Assembly (NCBI GenBank): GCA_964479515.1
Contig: CAYZMR010000001.1
Span: 6,498-70,497, forward strand
From: an uncultured Hyphomicrobiales bacterium
GTDB lineage: Bacteria > Pseudomonadota > Alphaproteobacteria > Rhizobiales > Xanthobacteraceae
Length of the DNA: 64,000 nucleotides
Direction of reading: 5' to 3'
Shown here: positions 16,754 through 25,772 of the stretch, one piece after another
How positions within the stretch are numbered: position 1 is the first letter of the stretch
Layout: the number at the start of each line of letters is the position of its first letter
Program-made: the position numbers and the translations under genes
Notes under the pieces: generated by a model
What the model saw: only the letters and a program-made list of their open reading frames with translations
Databases searched by the model: none
Told to the model about the DNA's origin: nothing

Positions 16754-17575
16754 TCAAGTCTTCTCCCTGCGCGGCCAGCCGTCCGGCCGCCGGACACGGC
16801 CACGTTGATAGGACTGCAGCAAGGTCAGCACCGTCGATCGCGGCAAGAACCGCGGCATGAGCGTCGCGATCTTGTTGCCGAAGCCCGGCACGACGAGCCG
16901 ACGGCCGGCCATGAATCCGTCGTAACCGGCCTTGGCGACCTGTTCGGCGGAGCGCCCGAACAGCCATGACGGCTTCTTGCCAGTCACGCCGGCGCGCGCC
17001 TGGAATTCGGTCGGCACGGGCCCCGGACACAATGCAGTGACCCGCACGCCGAGCGGGACCAATTCGCGCGACAGCGCTTCGGTGAAAGACAGCACATAGG
17101 CCTTGGTCGCGTAATAGACCGCCCCGTTCGGCCCCGGCATGAAGCCCGCGACCGAGGCCACGTTGAGGATCCCGCCCTTGTGCCGCGCGATGCCGTCGAT
17201 CCAGCGCAGCGACAGATCGGTGAGCGCACGCACGTTGAGATCGATCATGGCGAGCTGCTCGCCGCGGTCGATCTCCGCCGCCGGACCGTAGAGCCCGAAC
17301 CCGGCGTTATTGACGACGTATTGCGGCTCCAAGCCACGCCCGAGCAATTCATGCGCTATGCGCGCCGGCGCATCGGAGCGCTGCAGGTCGATCGGGATGA
17401 CATGCGGTTTGTAGCGATAGGCCGCCCCAAGCTCGGTCGCCAGCAGGACCATTTCCGGCTCGCGCCGAGCGACCAGCGCGATCTCGTGTCCGTTGGCGGC
17501 GAACACGCGGGCGAGCGCGGCGCCGATCCCAGCGGAGGCGCCGGTGATCACCGTGACGGGCTTGAAAATCGACAT
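16754..17575 (-). CDS. SDR family oxidoreductase
   Basis: 273-aa ORF with TGASAGIG cofactor motif and YATKAY (YxxxK) catalytic motif. Confidence 0.85.
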   Translation of the reverse strand: MSIFKPVTVITGASAGIGAALARVFAANGHEIALVARREPEMVLLATELGAAYRYKPHVIPIDLQRSDAPARIAHELLGRGLEPQYVVNNAGFGLYGPAAEIDRGEQLAMIDLNVRALTDLSLRWIDGIARHKGGILNVASVAGFMPGPNGAVYYATKAYVLSFTEALSRELVPLGVRVTALCPGPVPTEFQARAGVTGKKPSWLFGRSAEQVAKAGYDGFMAGRRLVVPGFGNKIATLMPRFLPRSTVLTLLQSYQRGRVRRPDGWPRREKT

Positions 17576-17593
17576 GGCGCAGCTCCGCGCGCC

Positions 17594-18067
17594 TCAGACG
17601 TCGTCGCTGCCGGCCCGCTCACCACCGACGCGGCGGCGGAGCGCGATGCGTTCGCGCGAAGACACCCCGAGCAGGTCGGCGGCGCGCCACATCAGATTAT
17701 CCTCGAACTCGCTGACGCGCCCGTCCGCAAAGACGATTTCCCACATCATCTCGACAATGCCGCGGCGGCCATCCTCGTCGACCGATCGGTTGATCAGGCT
17801 GGTGAAGTGATAGAGGTCGACCGCGTCGTGCTCGGCGACGGTCGCGACCGTGATCAACTCGTCGGTCGCCGCATCGTCGAGGTTGAAGCGATGTTTCAGC
17901 ACCGCGCGCAGCTTGTCCTCCCCGGCCTCGGTCGCGCTCCCGTCGATGGTCGAGGCATGGATCAACAGGGCGGCGGCGGCGAGCCGATAGTCATTTTCCT
18001 CGAAACGGCCCGGATGCTTGTCGCCGCCGGTCAAATCCGAGATCAAATTCTTCAATGATTCCAGCAT
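17594..18067 (-). CDS. TerB-family (tellurite-resistance TerB-like) protein
   Basis: ATG 18067 inside track ORF 17594..18163. 157 aa, TerB-like helical repeats (AAALLIHASTIDG...EMMWEIVFADGRVSEFEDNLMWRAADLLGV). Confidence 0.7.
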   Translation of the reverse strand: MLESLKNLISDLTGGDKHPGRFEENDYRLAAAALLIHASTIDGSATEAGEDKLRAVLKHRFNLDDAATDELITVATVAEHDAVDLYHFTSLINRSVDEDGRRGIVEMMWEIVFADGRVSEFEDNLMWRAADLLGVSSRERIALRRRVGGERAGSDDV

Positions 18068-18298
18068 AATAAGACTTAGCCCCAATCCCTCCGGGGAAAT
18101 CGCATGGGCGCCCGCAAATGTCCAGTTTCGCCGCGCTGGGTCGCCGGGCCCCGGCGTGTTCAATCAATATGGTGACTGCGGCCCATCACGGCAGACCCGG
18201 CGCGTGCCATTGCCACGGGACAAGCGCGCGCGACCCCGACACAATGGCCGCATGGGCACGCTTTTCCCGCGCGACAATCGCTGACGACAGGGCGCGGC

Positions 18299-18838
18299 AT
18301 GAGCGGGCCTGGCGATCACGACCTCATGGCGCGCGTCGCGCGTGGCGACCGGCAAGCGTTCCGGCTCCTGTCCCAGCGCCATGTCCGGGCCGCGCTCGCG
18401 CTTGCCCGCCGGATCAGCGGGAACGACGCCGGAGCCGAGGAGATCGTCCAGGAGGCGTTCCTGCGCGTCTGGATCCATGCCCCGCGCTGGCGCCCGGAGG
18501 CGGCGTTCCGCACCTGGCTCTATCGCATCGTGATCAATCTCACGCTCAACGAGAGGCGCCGGCCGTCGGGGCTGCCGCTGGCGGCGGCCGGCGATCCGCC
18601 CGATCCCGCACCGGGCCCCGACGTGGCGCTTGCGGCGCGCGAACGCGACCGACTGGTCTCGGCCGCCATCGAGGCACTGCCGCCGCGCCAGCGCGCCGCG
18701 ATCGTGCTGACCTATCACGACGGCTTGAGCAACGCCGAGACCGCGGAGGTGCTCGACACGTCGCTCTCGAGCGTCGAAACTCTCCTGGTCCGAGCCAAGC
18801 GCACCCTGCGCGCCGCCCTGGCCGCCTACAGAACCTAG
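18299..18838 (+). CDS. ECF (sigma-70 family) RNA polymerase sigma factor
   Basis: 179-aa ORF with region 2 (EEIVQEAFLRVW...RTWLYRIVINL) and region 4 HTH (LSNAETAEVLDTSLSSVETLLVRAKRTL). Confidence 0.9.
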   Translation: MSGPGDHDLMARVARGDRQAFRLLSQRHVRAALALARRISGNDAGAEEIVQEAFLRVWIHAPRWRPEAAFRTWLYRIVINLTLNERRRPSGLPLAAAGDPPDPAPGPDVALAARERDRLVSAAIEALPPRQRAAIVLTYHDGLSNAETAEVLDTSLSSVETLLVRAKRTLRAALAAYRT

Positions 18839-18845
18839 GTCGTTC

Positions 18846-18894
18846 GAGCATGATCTTATCCGAAAACCGGTTTCCACCGTTCGGGGCCATGCTC
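18846..18894. repeat. 49-bp palindromic element, family 5
   Basis: gagcatgatcttatccgaaaaccggtttccaccgttcggggccatgctc. Shares a 29-nt identical core with 43110-43158. Sits between the sigma stop and the next ATG. Confidence 0.8.
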
Positions 18895-18906
18895 TAGGAG
18901 GCATCC

Positions 18907-19263
18907 ATGGACAGCGATCGCGAGCTTGAGGAAACACTCGGCCGGGTGATGGCGCCGACGGCGGACGCCGACGGCGCGGCCGCGGGACGCGTGCTCGCGC
19001 GGCTCGAAGCCTCGCTCCTGCCGCCGCAACGACGCCGCCTGTTGGACGCGTGGTGGCCGTCCGTCCTGGTCGACGCGAATTTCGCGCCCGCCTGGCCGCG
19101 CGTGACGGCGCTGGCCTGTGCTACGGCACTAGGCGTGGTGCTCGGTCTTTCGAGCCTCGGCACACGGATCGCCACCGATCTCGACCTCTGGCGCATGGCC
19201 TCCGCGGATGATGCCCGCGCCACCATCTTCGATCCGGATTCGGTGACGGGGCTGCGCCCATGA
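18907..19263 (+). CDS. single-TM membrane protein, putative anti-sigma factor
   Basis: 118-aa ORF directly after the ECF sigma gene, with one hydrophobic helix (VTALACATALGVVLGL). Assigned by position only; no zf-HC2 motif. Confidence 0.5.
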   Translation: MDSDRELEETLGRVMAPTADADGAAAGRVLARLEASLLPPQRRRLLDAWWPSVLVDANFAPAWPRVTALACATALGVVLGLSSLGTRIATDLDLWRMASADDARATIFDPDSVTGLRP

Positions 19264-19748
19264 CCGTCGCCCCCACCACCATCCCGGACCGCGCATCACG
19301 CTGGGTGCTGCTGGCTTCGCTCACGCTCAATCTGTTCTTCGTCGGAACGATCGGCGCGCTGGTCATCCGCCACTATGTGACGCCGCTGCAGTTCACCGCG
19401 CCGGATCGGCCGCGCACCGCGGCCGCGCGCATCGAGCGCCTGGCCGCCGCATTGCCGGCTCCCGATGCCGAAAAGCTCCGCGCCGCGTTCCACGCGCGCG
19501 AGGCTGCGGCCGAAGGCGATCGTGATACGCTCAATCGCGCGGTCGAGCGCATCCAGGCCGCGCTGCGCGCCGAGCCGTTCGACGTGGCGCTGCTGCGCGC
19601 CGCAATGACGGAGGCGCGCGCAGCGCGCCCCCTCTACGAGGAGACGATGCAGGATATTCTGGTCACGGCGGCGGTCGCGATGTCGCAGGAAGGCCGCACG
19701 CGGCTCGCCGATTGGCCGACCGCGCGCACGGCGACGAACGCGCGTTGA
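19260..19748 (+). CDS. membrane-anchored periplasmic sensor (CnrX / Spy-CpxP-like 'periplasmic heavy metal sensor' type)
   Basis: 162-aa ORF with ATGA overlap on the upstream gene. N-terminal TM anchor followed by an Ala/Arg/Glu-rich helical domain. Confidence 0.6.
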   Translation: MTVAPTTIPDRASRWVLLASLTLNLFFVGTIGALVIRHYVTPLQFTAPDRPRTAAARIERLAAALPAPDAEKLRAAFHAREAAAEGDRDTLNRAVERIQAALRAEPFDVALLRAAMTEARAARPLYEETMQDILVTAAVAMSQEGRTRLADWPTARTATNAR

Positions 19749-19781
19749 GGATCGCCATGACGGGAAAGATGCGGTGAAGGC

Positions 19782-21245
19782 GTGAGGCCGATGGATGTAA
19801 AGTGGGGGTGGGGTTCAAGGCGCGCGGTTCATCGCGGCCGGCTCGTGGCGATGTTGGTTCTCGCTCCGCTGCTTTCGGGCTGCCTGGCGACGACCGAGAC
19901 CGCGAACGATCCGGTCACCGACGTACCGCCGGTTTATCGCGCGGCCACCGGCGCGCCGAAAGCGGCGCTGCCGCAACAAGACTGGTGGCGCGGCTTTCGC
20001 TCGCGCGAACTGACCGAGCTCGTGGAGCGCGCGCACCTCGACAACCTCGACATCGCGGCCGCGGTCGCGCGCATCGAGCAGGCCGACGCGCAGACGCGGA
20101 TCGCGGGCGCGGCGCTGCTGCCGTTGGTCACCTTCGACGGCTCCGCGACCCGCTCGGGCGTCGGCAAGGCGCCCGGCACCTCGACGTTCAGCACCGTGCT
20201 CAACGCCAGCTACGAGATCGATCTGTGGGGCAAGAACCGCGCGGCGCTGCGCGCCGCCGAATACACCGCGGTGGCGAGCCGCTTCGATCGCGAGGTGATC
20301 GTTCTCTCGACCGTCGCGACCGTCATCAATACCTATTTCCAGATCCTGGCCGCGCAAGACCGTCTGGCCATCGCGCGGGACAATGTCGCCGCCGCAACCC
20401 GCATCTTGAACGTCTATCAACAGCGCAGTTCGGCCGGGACCGCCAGCGGGCTCGATCTGGCGCAGCAACAATCGCTGCTGGCCCAGCAGCGCGCCATGAT
20501 CCCGCCACTCGATCAGACGTTGCGGCAGAACATCGCGACGCTCGCGGTCCTGATCGGAGAGGCGCCCGCGCGTCTGACGGTGCGCGGCGGCAGCCTGCAG
20601 CGCATCGTGCCGCAGCGCGTCACGCCTGGGCTGCCGTCCGACCTGCTGCTGCAGCGGCCGGACATCCGCGAAGCCGAGGCGCAGCTCGCGGCCGCCGACG
20701 CAAACGTCGACAACGCGCGCGCCGCCCTGTTCCCCAGCATCCAGCTCACCGGGCAAGGCGGATTCGTCAGCGCGGCGCTGCAAACCTTGATCATGCCGCA
20801 ATCGGCGATCTATTCGGCGACCGCAAGCCTCAGCCAGCCGATCTTCGACGGATTCAGGCTCTGGAGCACGCTCGAAGCCCAGAAGGGCCGCCGGACCGAG
20901 TTGCTGCAGGATTACCGCAAGGCGATCCTCTCGGGCTTCGCCGATGTCGAGCGCGCGCTGATCGCGATCCGCGATCTCGCCGAGCAGGAGCGCCTGCAGA
21001 TCGAGGCCGTCGCGACCGCGCGGCGCGCCTACGAGCTTTCGGAAACGCAGCTCACGGCCGGGACCATCGATATCACCACCGTGCTGAACACGCAGAAGAC
21101 CTTATTCCAGGAACAGGACCAGCTCGTCGTCGTGCGTCTGACCCGGATGCAGGCGATCGTGAGCCTGTTCCAGGCGCTCGGTGGTGGCTGGGTTATCCCG
21201 GAAGACCTCGCGAACGCACGCAGCCCGCTGCGTGCGAGCAAATGA
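19782..21245 (+). CDS. efflux transporter outer membrane lipoprotein, NodT family
   Basis: 487-aa ORF with lipobox LLSGC and two OEP repeats. Start could be GTG 19782, ATG 19791 or ATG 19851. Confidence 0.9.
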   Translation: MRPMDVKWGWGSRRAVHRGRLVAMLVLAPLLSGCLATTETANDPVTDVPPVYRAATGAPKAALPQQDWWRGFRSRELTELVERAHLDNLDIAAAVARIEQADAQTRIAGAALLPLVTFDGSATRSGVGKAPGTSTFSTVLNASYEIDLWGKNRAALRAAEYTAVASRFDREVIVLSTVATVINTYFQILAAQDRLAIARDNVAAATRILNVYQQRSSAGTASGLDLAQQQSLLAQQRAMIPPLDQTLRQNIATLAVLIGEAPARLTVRGGSLQRIVPQRVTPGLPSDLLLQRPDIREAEAQLAAADANVDNARAALFPSIQLTGQGGFVSAALQTLIMPQSAIYSATASLSQPIFDGFRLWSTLEAQKGRRTELLQDYRKAILSGFADVERALIAIRDLAEQERLQIEAVATARRAYELSETQLTAGTIDITTVLNTQKTLFQEQDQLVVVRLTRMQAIVSLFQALGGGWVIPEDLANARSPLRASK

Positions 21246-21273
21246 CAGACGCGAACCTGAAAGGCCGCCCTTG

Positions 21274-22590
21274 ATGAATCTTCGCCGCATCCTCCCGATC
21301 GCCGTCGGCGCCGCGGTCGTGATCGCGGTCGGCGCCTATGTGATGTTCGGCGAGCAGGCCAAGCAGGAGCAGAAATCCAGGCGCTCGCGCCAGGCGTCGG
21401 ACCAGGCCGCGCCGGTGCTCGTCGCCAACGCGAAGACCGCCGACGTGCCGGTCTATTTCGACGCGGTCGGGACGATCAAGGCGTTGAACACCGTGACGGT
21501 GACAGCGCAGGTCACCGGCCAGATCGTCAAGATCGGCTTCCGCGAAGGCCAGGACGTGCCGGCCGGTTTCGTGCTGGCCGAGATCGACCCCCGCACCTAT
21601 CAGGCGCAATACGACCAGTCGGTCTCCAAGAAGGCGCAGGACGAGGCGACGCTCGCCAATGCCAGGATCGATCTCGACCGCTACAACAAGCTGGTCATCG
21701 CCAATTCCGGCTCGAAGCAGCAGGCCGACACGCAAAAGGCGCTCGTCGCCCAGCTCGAAGCGCAGGTGAAAGGCGATCAAGCCGCGATCGACAACGCGCA
21801 GACGATGCTGAGCTACACAAAGATCACGGCGCCGATCGAGGGCCGCACCGGCATCCGGCTGATCGACGAAGGCAATGTCGTGCAGACCGGCAATTCCACC
21901 GGCATCGTCGTCATCACGCAGATCAAGCCGATCTCGGTGCTGTTCAACCTGCCGCAGCAGCAGTATCCGCAGGTGAGCAAGGCCTTCGCGCAGGGCGCGG
22001 TTCCGGTCGACGCGGTGAGCGGCGACAACCGCATCGTGCTCGACCACGGCCAGCTCAAGGTCATCGACAATCAGATGGACCAAACGACCGGCACGATCCG
22101 GATGAAGGCGGAATTCCCCAATGCGGATCTGTCGCTCTGGCCAGGCCAGTTCGTGAACATACGCCTGCTCGCCGCCACGTTGAAGCAGGCCATCGTGGTG
22201 CCGACCGCGTCGGTGCAGCGCGGCCCGGGCGGCGCGTTCGTCTTCGTGGTGGGAGAAGACTCGACCGTGGCGGTGCGTCCGGTCACCGTCACGCAGCAGG
22301 ACGATACCACCGCCGTGCTCGCGACCGGCCTGAAGACGGACGAGCGCGTGGTCACGAGCGGCTTCACGCGGCTTGCCGCCGGCACGCGCGTCGCCGTGCA
22401 GACGAGCGACGCCGCGCCGCAGCCGAACGCCGCGCCGAGCGATGCCGCGCAGGACCCCGACGCCGCGAAGCGCGAGCGCCGCCGCAAGCGAGACGCCGAA
22501 AATCCGGACGGCAAGAAACGTGACACCTCGGACAATCCGGACGGCAAGAAGCGCAACCGGCCCGAAAAAGCACCGGACGCCAAGCAATGA
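21274..22590 (+). CDS. mdtA: RND efflux periplasmic adaptor (MdtA-like membrane fusion protein)
   Basis: ATG 21274 inside track ORF 21181..22590. TM anchor, biotinyl-lipoyl/beta-barrel MFP blocks, unusual charged C-terminal tail. Confidence 0.9.
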   Translation: MNLRRILPIAVGAAVVIAVGAYVMFGEQAKQEQKSRRSRQASDQAAPVLVANAKTADVPVYFDAVGTIKALNTVTVTAQVTGQIVKIGFREGQDVPAGFVLAEIDPRTYQAQYDQSVSKKAQDEATLANARIDLDRYNKLVIANSGSKQQADTQKALVAQLEAQVKGDQAAIDNAQTMLSYTKITAPIEGRTGIRLIDEGNVVQTGNSTGIVVITQIKPISVLFNLPQQQYPQVSKAFAQGAVPVDAVSGDNRIVLDHGQLKVIDNQMDQTTGTIRMKAEFPNADLSLWPGQFVNIRLLAATLKQAIVVPTASVQRGPGGAFVFVVGEDSTVAVRPVTVTQQDDTTAVLATGLKTDERVVTSGFTRLAAGTRVAVQTSDAAPQPNAAPSDAAQDPDAAKRERRRKRDAENPDGKKRDTSDNPDGKKRNRPEKAPDAKQ

Positions 22591-25500
22591 ACGTTTCGGC
22601 GCCCTTCATCGGCCGCCCGATCGCGACCTCGCTGCTCGGCGTCGCGGTGCTGCTCGGCGGGGCGCTCGGCTATTGGTGGCTGCCGGTGGCGGCCTTGCCG
22701 CAGGTCGATTTTCCCTCGATCCAGGTGACGACGCAGCTTCCGGGCGCCTCTCCCGACACCATGGTGTCGCTCGTGACCGCGCCGCTGGAGCGCCAGTTCG
22801 GCCAGATCGCGGCGATCTCCACGATGACGTCGTCGAGCTCCTACGGCATCAGCCAGATCACGCTGCAGTTCGACCTGAACCGCGACATCGACGCGGCCGC
22901 GCAGGACGTGCAGGCCGCGATCAACGCCGCCGGCTCCGCGCTGCCGCGCAACCTTCCCTATCCGCCGGTCTATTCCAAGGTGAACCCGGCCGACACGCCG
23001 ATCGTCACGTTGGCGCTCACCTCCAAGACGGTCTCGTTGCGCGCGCTGAGCGATCTCGCCGACACGCTGCTGGCGCAGCGGCTGAGCGAGATCACCGGCG
23101 TCGGCCAGGTCTCGACCCAGGGCGGCATCAAGCCCGCGGTGCGCATCCAGGCGGACCTGCCGCGGCTCGCCGCCTACGGGCTTGGGCTCGAGGACATCCG
23201 CCTCGCGATCACCAATGCCAATGTGGCCGGCGCGAAGGGCGCGTTCGACGGCTCGACCCAGTCCTACACGATCGCCGCCAACGACCAGCTCGTCGCGGCC
23301 GAATCCTATCGCTCGCTCGTGATCGCCTACCGCAACAATGCACCGGTAATGCTGCGCGACATCGCGACCGTGGTCGACGGACTGGAAAACGCCAAGGTCA
23401 GCGGCTGGCACAATGGCGACTCGGCCATCGTCATCGACATCCGCCGCCAGCCCGGCGCCAACGTGGTGCAGACCGTGCGCAACGTGCGCGCGGAGCTGCC
23501 GCGGCTGCGGCGCATCATGCCGGTCGGCGCGAACCTGACCATCGTGCAGGACCGCACCGACACGATCCAGGCCTCGATCCACGACGTCCAGTTCACCCTC
23601 GCGCTCGCGGTCGGCCTCGTCGTGCTGGTCGTGCTGGTCTTCCTGCGCACGATCCGCGCGACCATCATCGCCGGCGTCGCGCTGCCGCTGTCGCTGATCG
23701 CGACGTTCCTGGTGATGTGGTTCTGCGGCTTTTCGCTCGACAATCTGTCGCTGATGGCGCTCACCATCGGGACCGGCTTCGTGGTCGACGACGCGATCGT
23801 GATGATCGAGAACATCGTGCGCCACATGGAGAACGGCGAGTCCGCACTCGACGCCGCGCTGCACGGCGCGCGCGAGATCGGCTTCACGATCATCTCGCTC
23901 ACCGTCTCGCTGATCGCGGTGTTCATCCCGCTCTTGTTCATGACCGGCCTCGTCGGCCGCATGTTCCGCGAATTCGCCCTCACTTTGACCATCGCGGTCG
24001 TCGTCTCGGCGATCGTGTCGCTGACCTTGACGCCGATGATGTGCGCGAAACTGCTGCGCCACGAGACCGGCACGGGAAACCGGGTGACGCGCTGGTTCAA
24101 TGACATCGTCGACCGCACCGTCGCCGGCTATGGCCGCAGCGTCGAATGGGTGCTGCGCCATCAGGGCTTCACGCTGATCGTCACGGCGATCACGCTCGCG
24201 GCGACGATCTGGCTCTACGTGGTCATGCCGAAGGGTTTCCTGCCGCAGCAGGACACCGGCCTGATCACGGCCGTCACGGAGGCCGGCGTCGAAGTGTCGT
24301 TCGCCGAGATGCAGCGGCTGCAACAGGCCGTCGCCGACACGATGCGCAAGGACCCGGACGTGACCGGCGTCGTCTCCGTGGTCGGCGTGAGCCCGCTCAA
24401 CGCCACTCCGAATGCCGGCCGCCTCACCATCACGCTCAAACCCCGCGGCGAACGCAACGCCGTCGTGAGCCAGATCATCCGGCGGCTGCAGCGCCAGATC
24501 GCCGCCATCCCGGGCATGACGGTGTTCTTCCAGCCGGTGCAGGACATCCAGATTTCGACGCGCGTCAGCCGCGCGCAGTATCAATACACGCTGGTCGGCA
24601 CCGATGCGGCCGAAGTCATATCGTGGTCGGAGAAGCTCGCGGCGCAGCTGCGCCGCGACCCTACGCTGCGCGACGTCTCGTCCGAGGCGCAGGAAGGCGG
24701 CCTGCGCGCCTTCATCAATGTCGACCGCGAGCGCGCCGGGCGCCTCGGCATCAACATGCAGGTGATCAACGACACGCTCAACGACGCCTTCGGCCAGCGC
24801 CAGATCTCGACTATCTACGGACAGGCGAACCAATATCGCGTCATCCTGGAAGCCGACCCGCGCTATCAGACCGACCCGACCGCGCTGGCGCAGATCTATA
24901 TCCCGGCGAACGCGCCGACGGCGCCGCTCTCGACCTCGAGCGCGCAGCCCTCGCAGCCGGTCAGCACCGCAGCGCCAGGAAGCGCGACCGCGCAGATCCC
25001 GCTCAGCGCCTTCGCGCAGCTCATCCGCACCACGGCGCCGCTCGCGATCGCCCACCAGGAGCAGTTTCCCTCGGTGACGCTGAGCTTCAATCTCGCGCCC
25101 GGCACCGCGCTCGGCGACGCCGTCGCGGTCATTTCGGCGGCCGAGAAGATGATCGGCATGCCGACCTCCGTGATCGGCAGCTATTCGGGCGACGCGGCGG
25201 AGTTCGCCAAGTCGCTCGCGGGCGAGCCGTGGCTGATCCTCGCCGCCGTGGTGACGATCTACATCGTGCTCGGCGTCCTCTACGAGAGCTTCATCCATCC
25301 GCTGACGATCCTGTCGACGCTGCCGTCGGCCGGCGTCGGCGCTCTGCTCGCGTTGTTGCTGGTCGGACAGGACCTGTCGGTGATCGCGCTGATCGGCATC
25401 GTGCTGCTGATGGGCATCGTGAAGAAGAACGCCATCATGATGATCGACTTCGCGCTCGAAGCGGAGCGTCACGAGGGCCTCTCGCCGCGCGATGCGATCG

Positions 25501-25760
25501 TGAAGGCATCGACGCTGCGCTTCCGGCCGATCATGATGACCACGCTCGCGGCGCTGTTCGGCGCGCTGCCGCTCGCGCTCGAAAGCGGCACTGGCTCGGA
25601 GCTGCGCTTCCCGCTCGGCGTGACCATCATCGGCGGCCTGCTGCTGAGCCAGTTGCTGACGCTCTACACCACCCCGGTGATCTACCTGACGATGGAGCGG
25701 ATCAAGGTGCGCCTCAGCGGGACGAGCTCGGCGGCGGCCTATCCGCAAGGGGCGGAGTGA
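22587..25760 (+). CDS. mdtB: RND multidrug efflux permease (MdtB-like)
   Basis: 1057-aa ORF with ATGA overlap on mdtA. AcrB/HAE1 architecture with VVDDAIVMIENIVRHME. Confidence 0.9.
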   Translation: MNVSAPFIGRPIATSLLGVAVLLGGALGYWWLPVAALPQVDFPSIQVTTQLPGASPDTMVSLVTAPLERQFGQIAAISTMTSSSSYGISQITLQFDLNRDIDAAAQDVQAAINAAGSALPRNLPYPPVYSKVNPADTPIVTLALTSKTVSLRALSDLADTLLAQRLSEITGVGQVSTQGGIKPAVRIQADLPRLAAYGLGLEDIRLAITNANVAGAKGAFDGSTQSYTIAANDQLVAAESYRSLVIAYRNNAPVMLRDIATVVDGLENAKVSGWHNGDSAIVIDIRRQPGANVVQTVRNVRAELPRLRRIMPVGANLTIVQDRTDTIQASIHDVQFTLALAVGLVVLVVLVFLRTIRATIIAGVALPLSLIATFLVMWFCGFSLDNLSLMALTIGTGFVVDDAIVMIENIVRHMENGESALDAALHGAREIGFTIISLTVSLIAVFIPLLFMTGLVGRMFREFALTLTIAVVVSAIVSLTLTPMMCAKLLRHETGTGNRVTRWFNDIVDRTVAGYGRSVEWVLRHQGFTLIVTAITLAATIWLYVVMPKGFLPQQDTGLITAVTEAGVEVSFAEMQRLQQAVADTMRKDPDVTGVVSVVGVSPLNATPNAGRLTITLKPRGERNAVVSQIIRRLQRQIAAIPGMTVFFQPVQDIQISTRVSRAQYQYTLVGTDAAEVISWSEKLAAQLRRDPTLRDVSSEAQEGGLRAFINVDRERAGRLGINMQVINDTLNDAFGQRQISTIYGQANQYRVILEADPRYQTDPTALAQIYIPANAPTAPLSTSSAQPSQPVSTAAPGSATAQIPLSAFAQLIRTTAPLAIAHQEQFPSVTLSFNLAPGTALGDAVAVISAAEKMIGMPTSVIGSYSGDAAEFAKSLAGEPWLILAAVVTIYIVLGVLYESFIHPLTILSTLPSAGVGALLALLLVGQDLSVIALIGIVLLMGIVKKNAIMMIDFALEAERHEGLSPRDAIVKASTLRFRPIMMTTLAALFGALPLALESGTGSELRFPLGVTIIGGLLLSQLLTLYTTPVIYLTMERIKVRLSGTSSAAAYPQGAE

Positions 25761-25772
25761 GGGTATGGCGAG

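Noticed and set aside
19802-21274. 490-aa ORF in a second + frame over the nodT-family gene
   Set aside because: The Arg/Ala/Gly-dominated translation is typical of an off-frame read in GC-rich genes. The nodT frame has the lipobox and OEP repeats.
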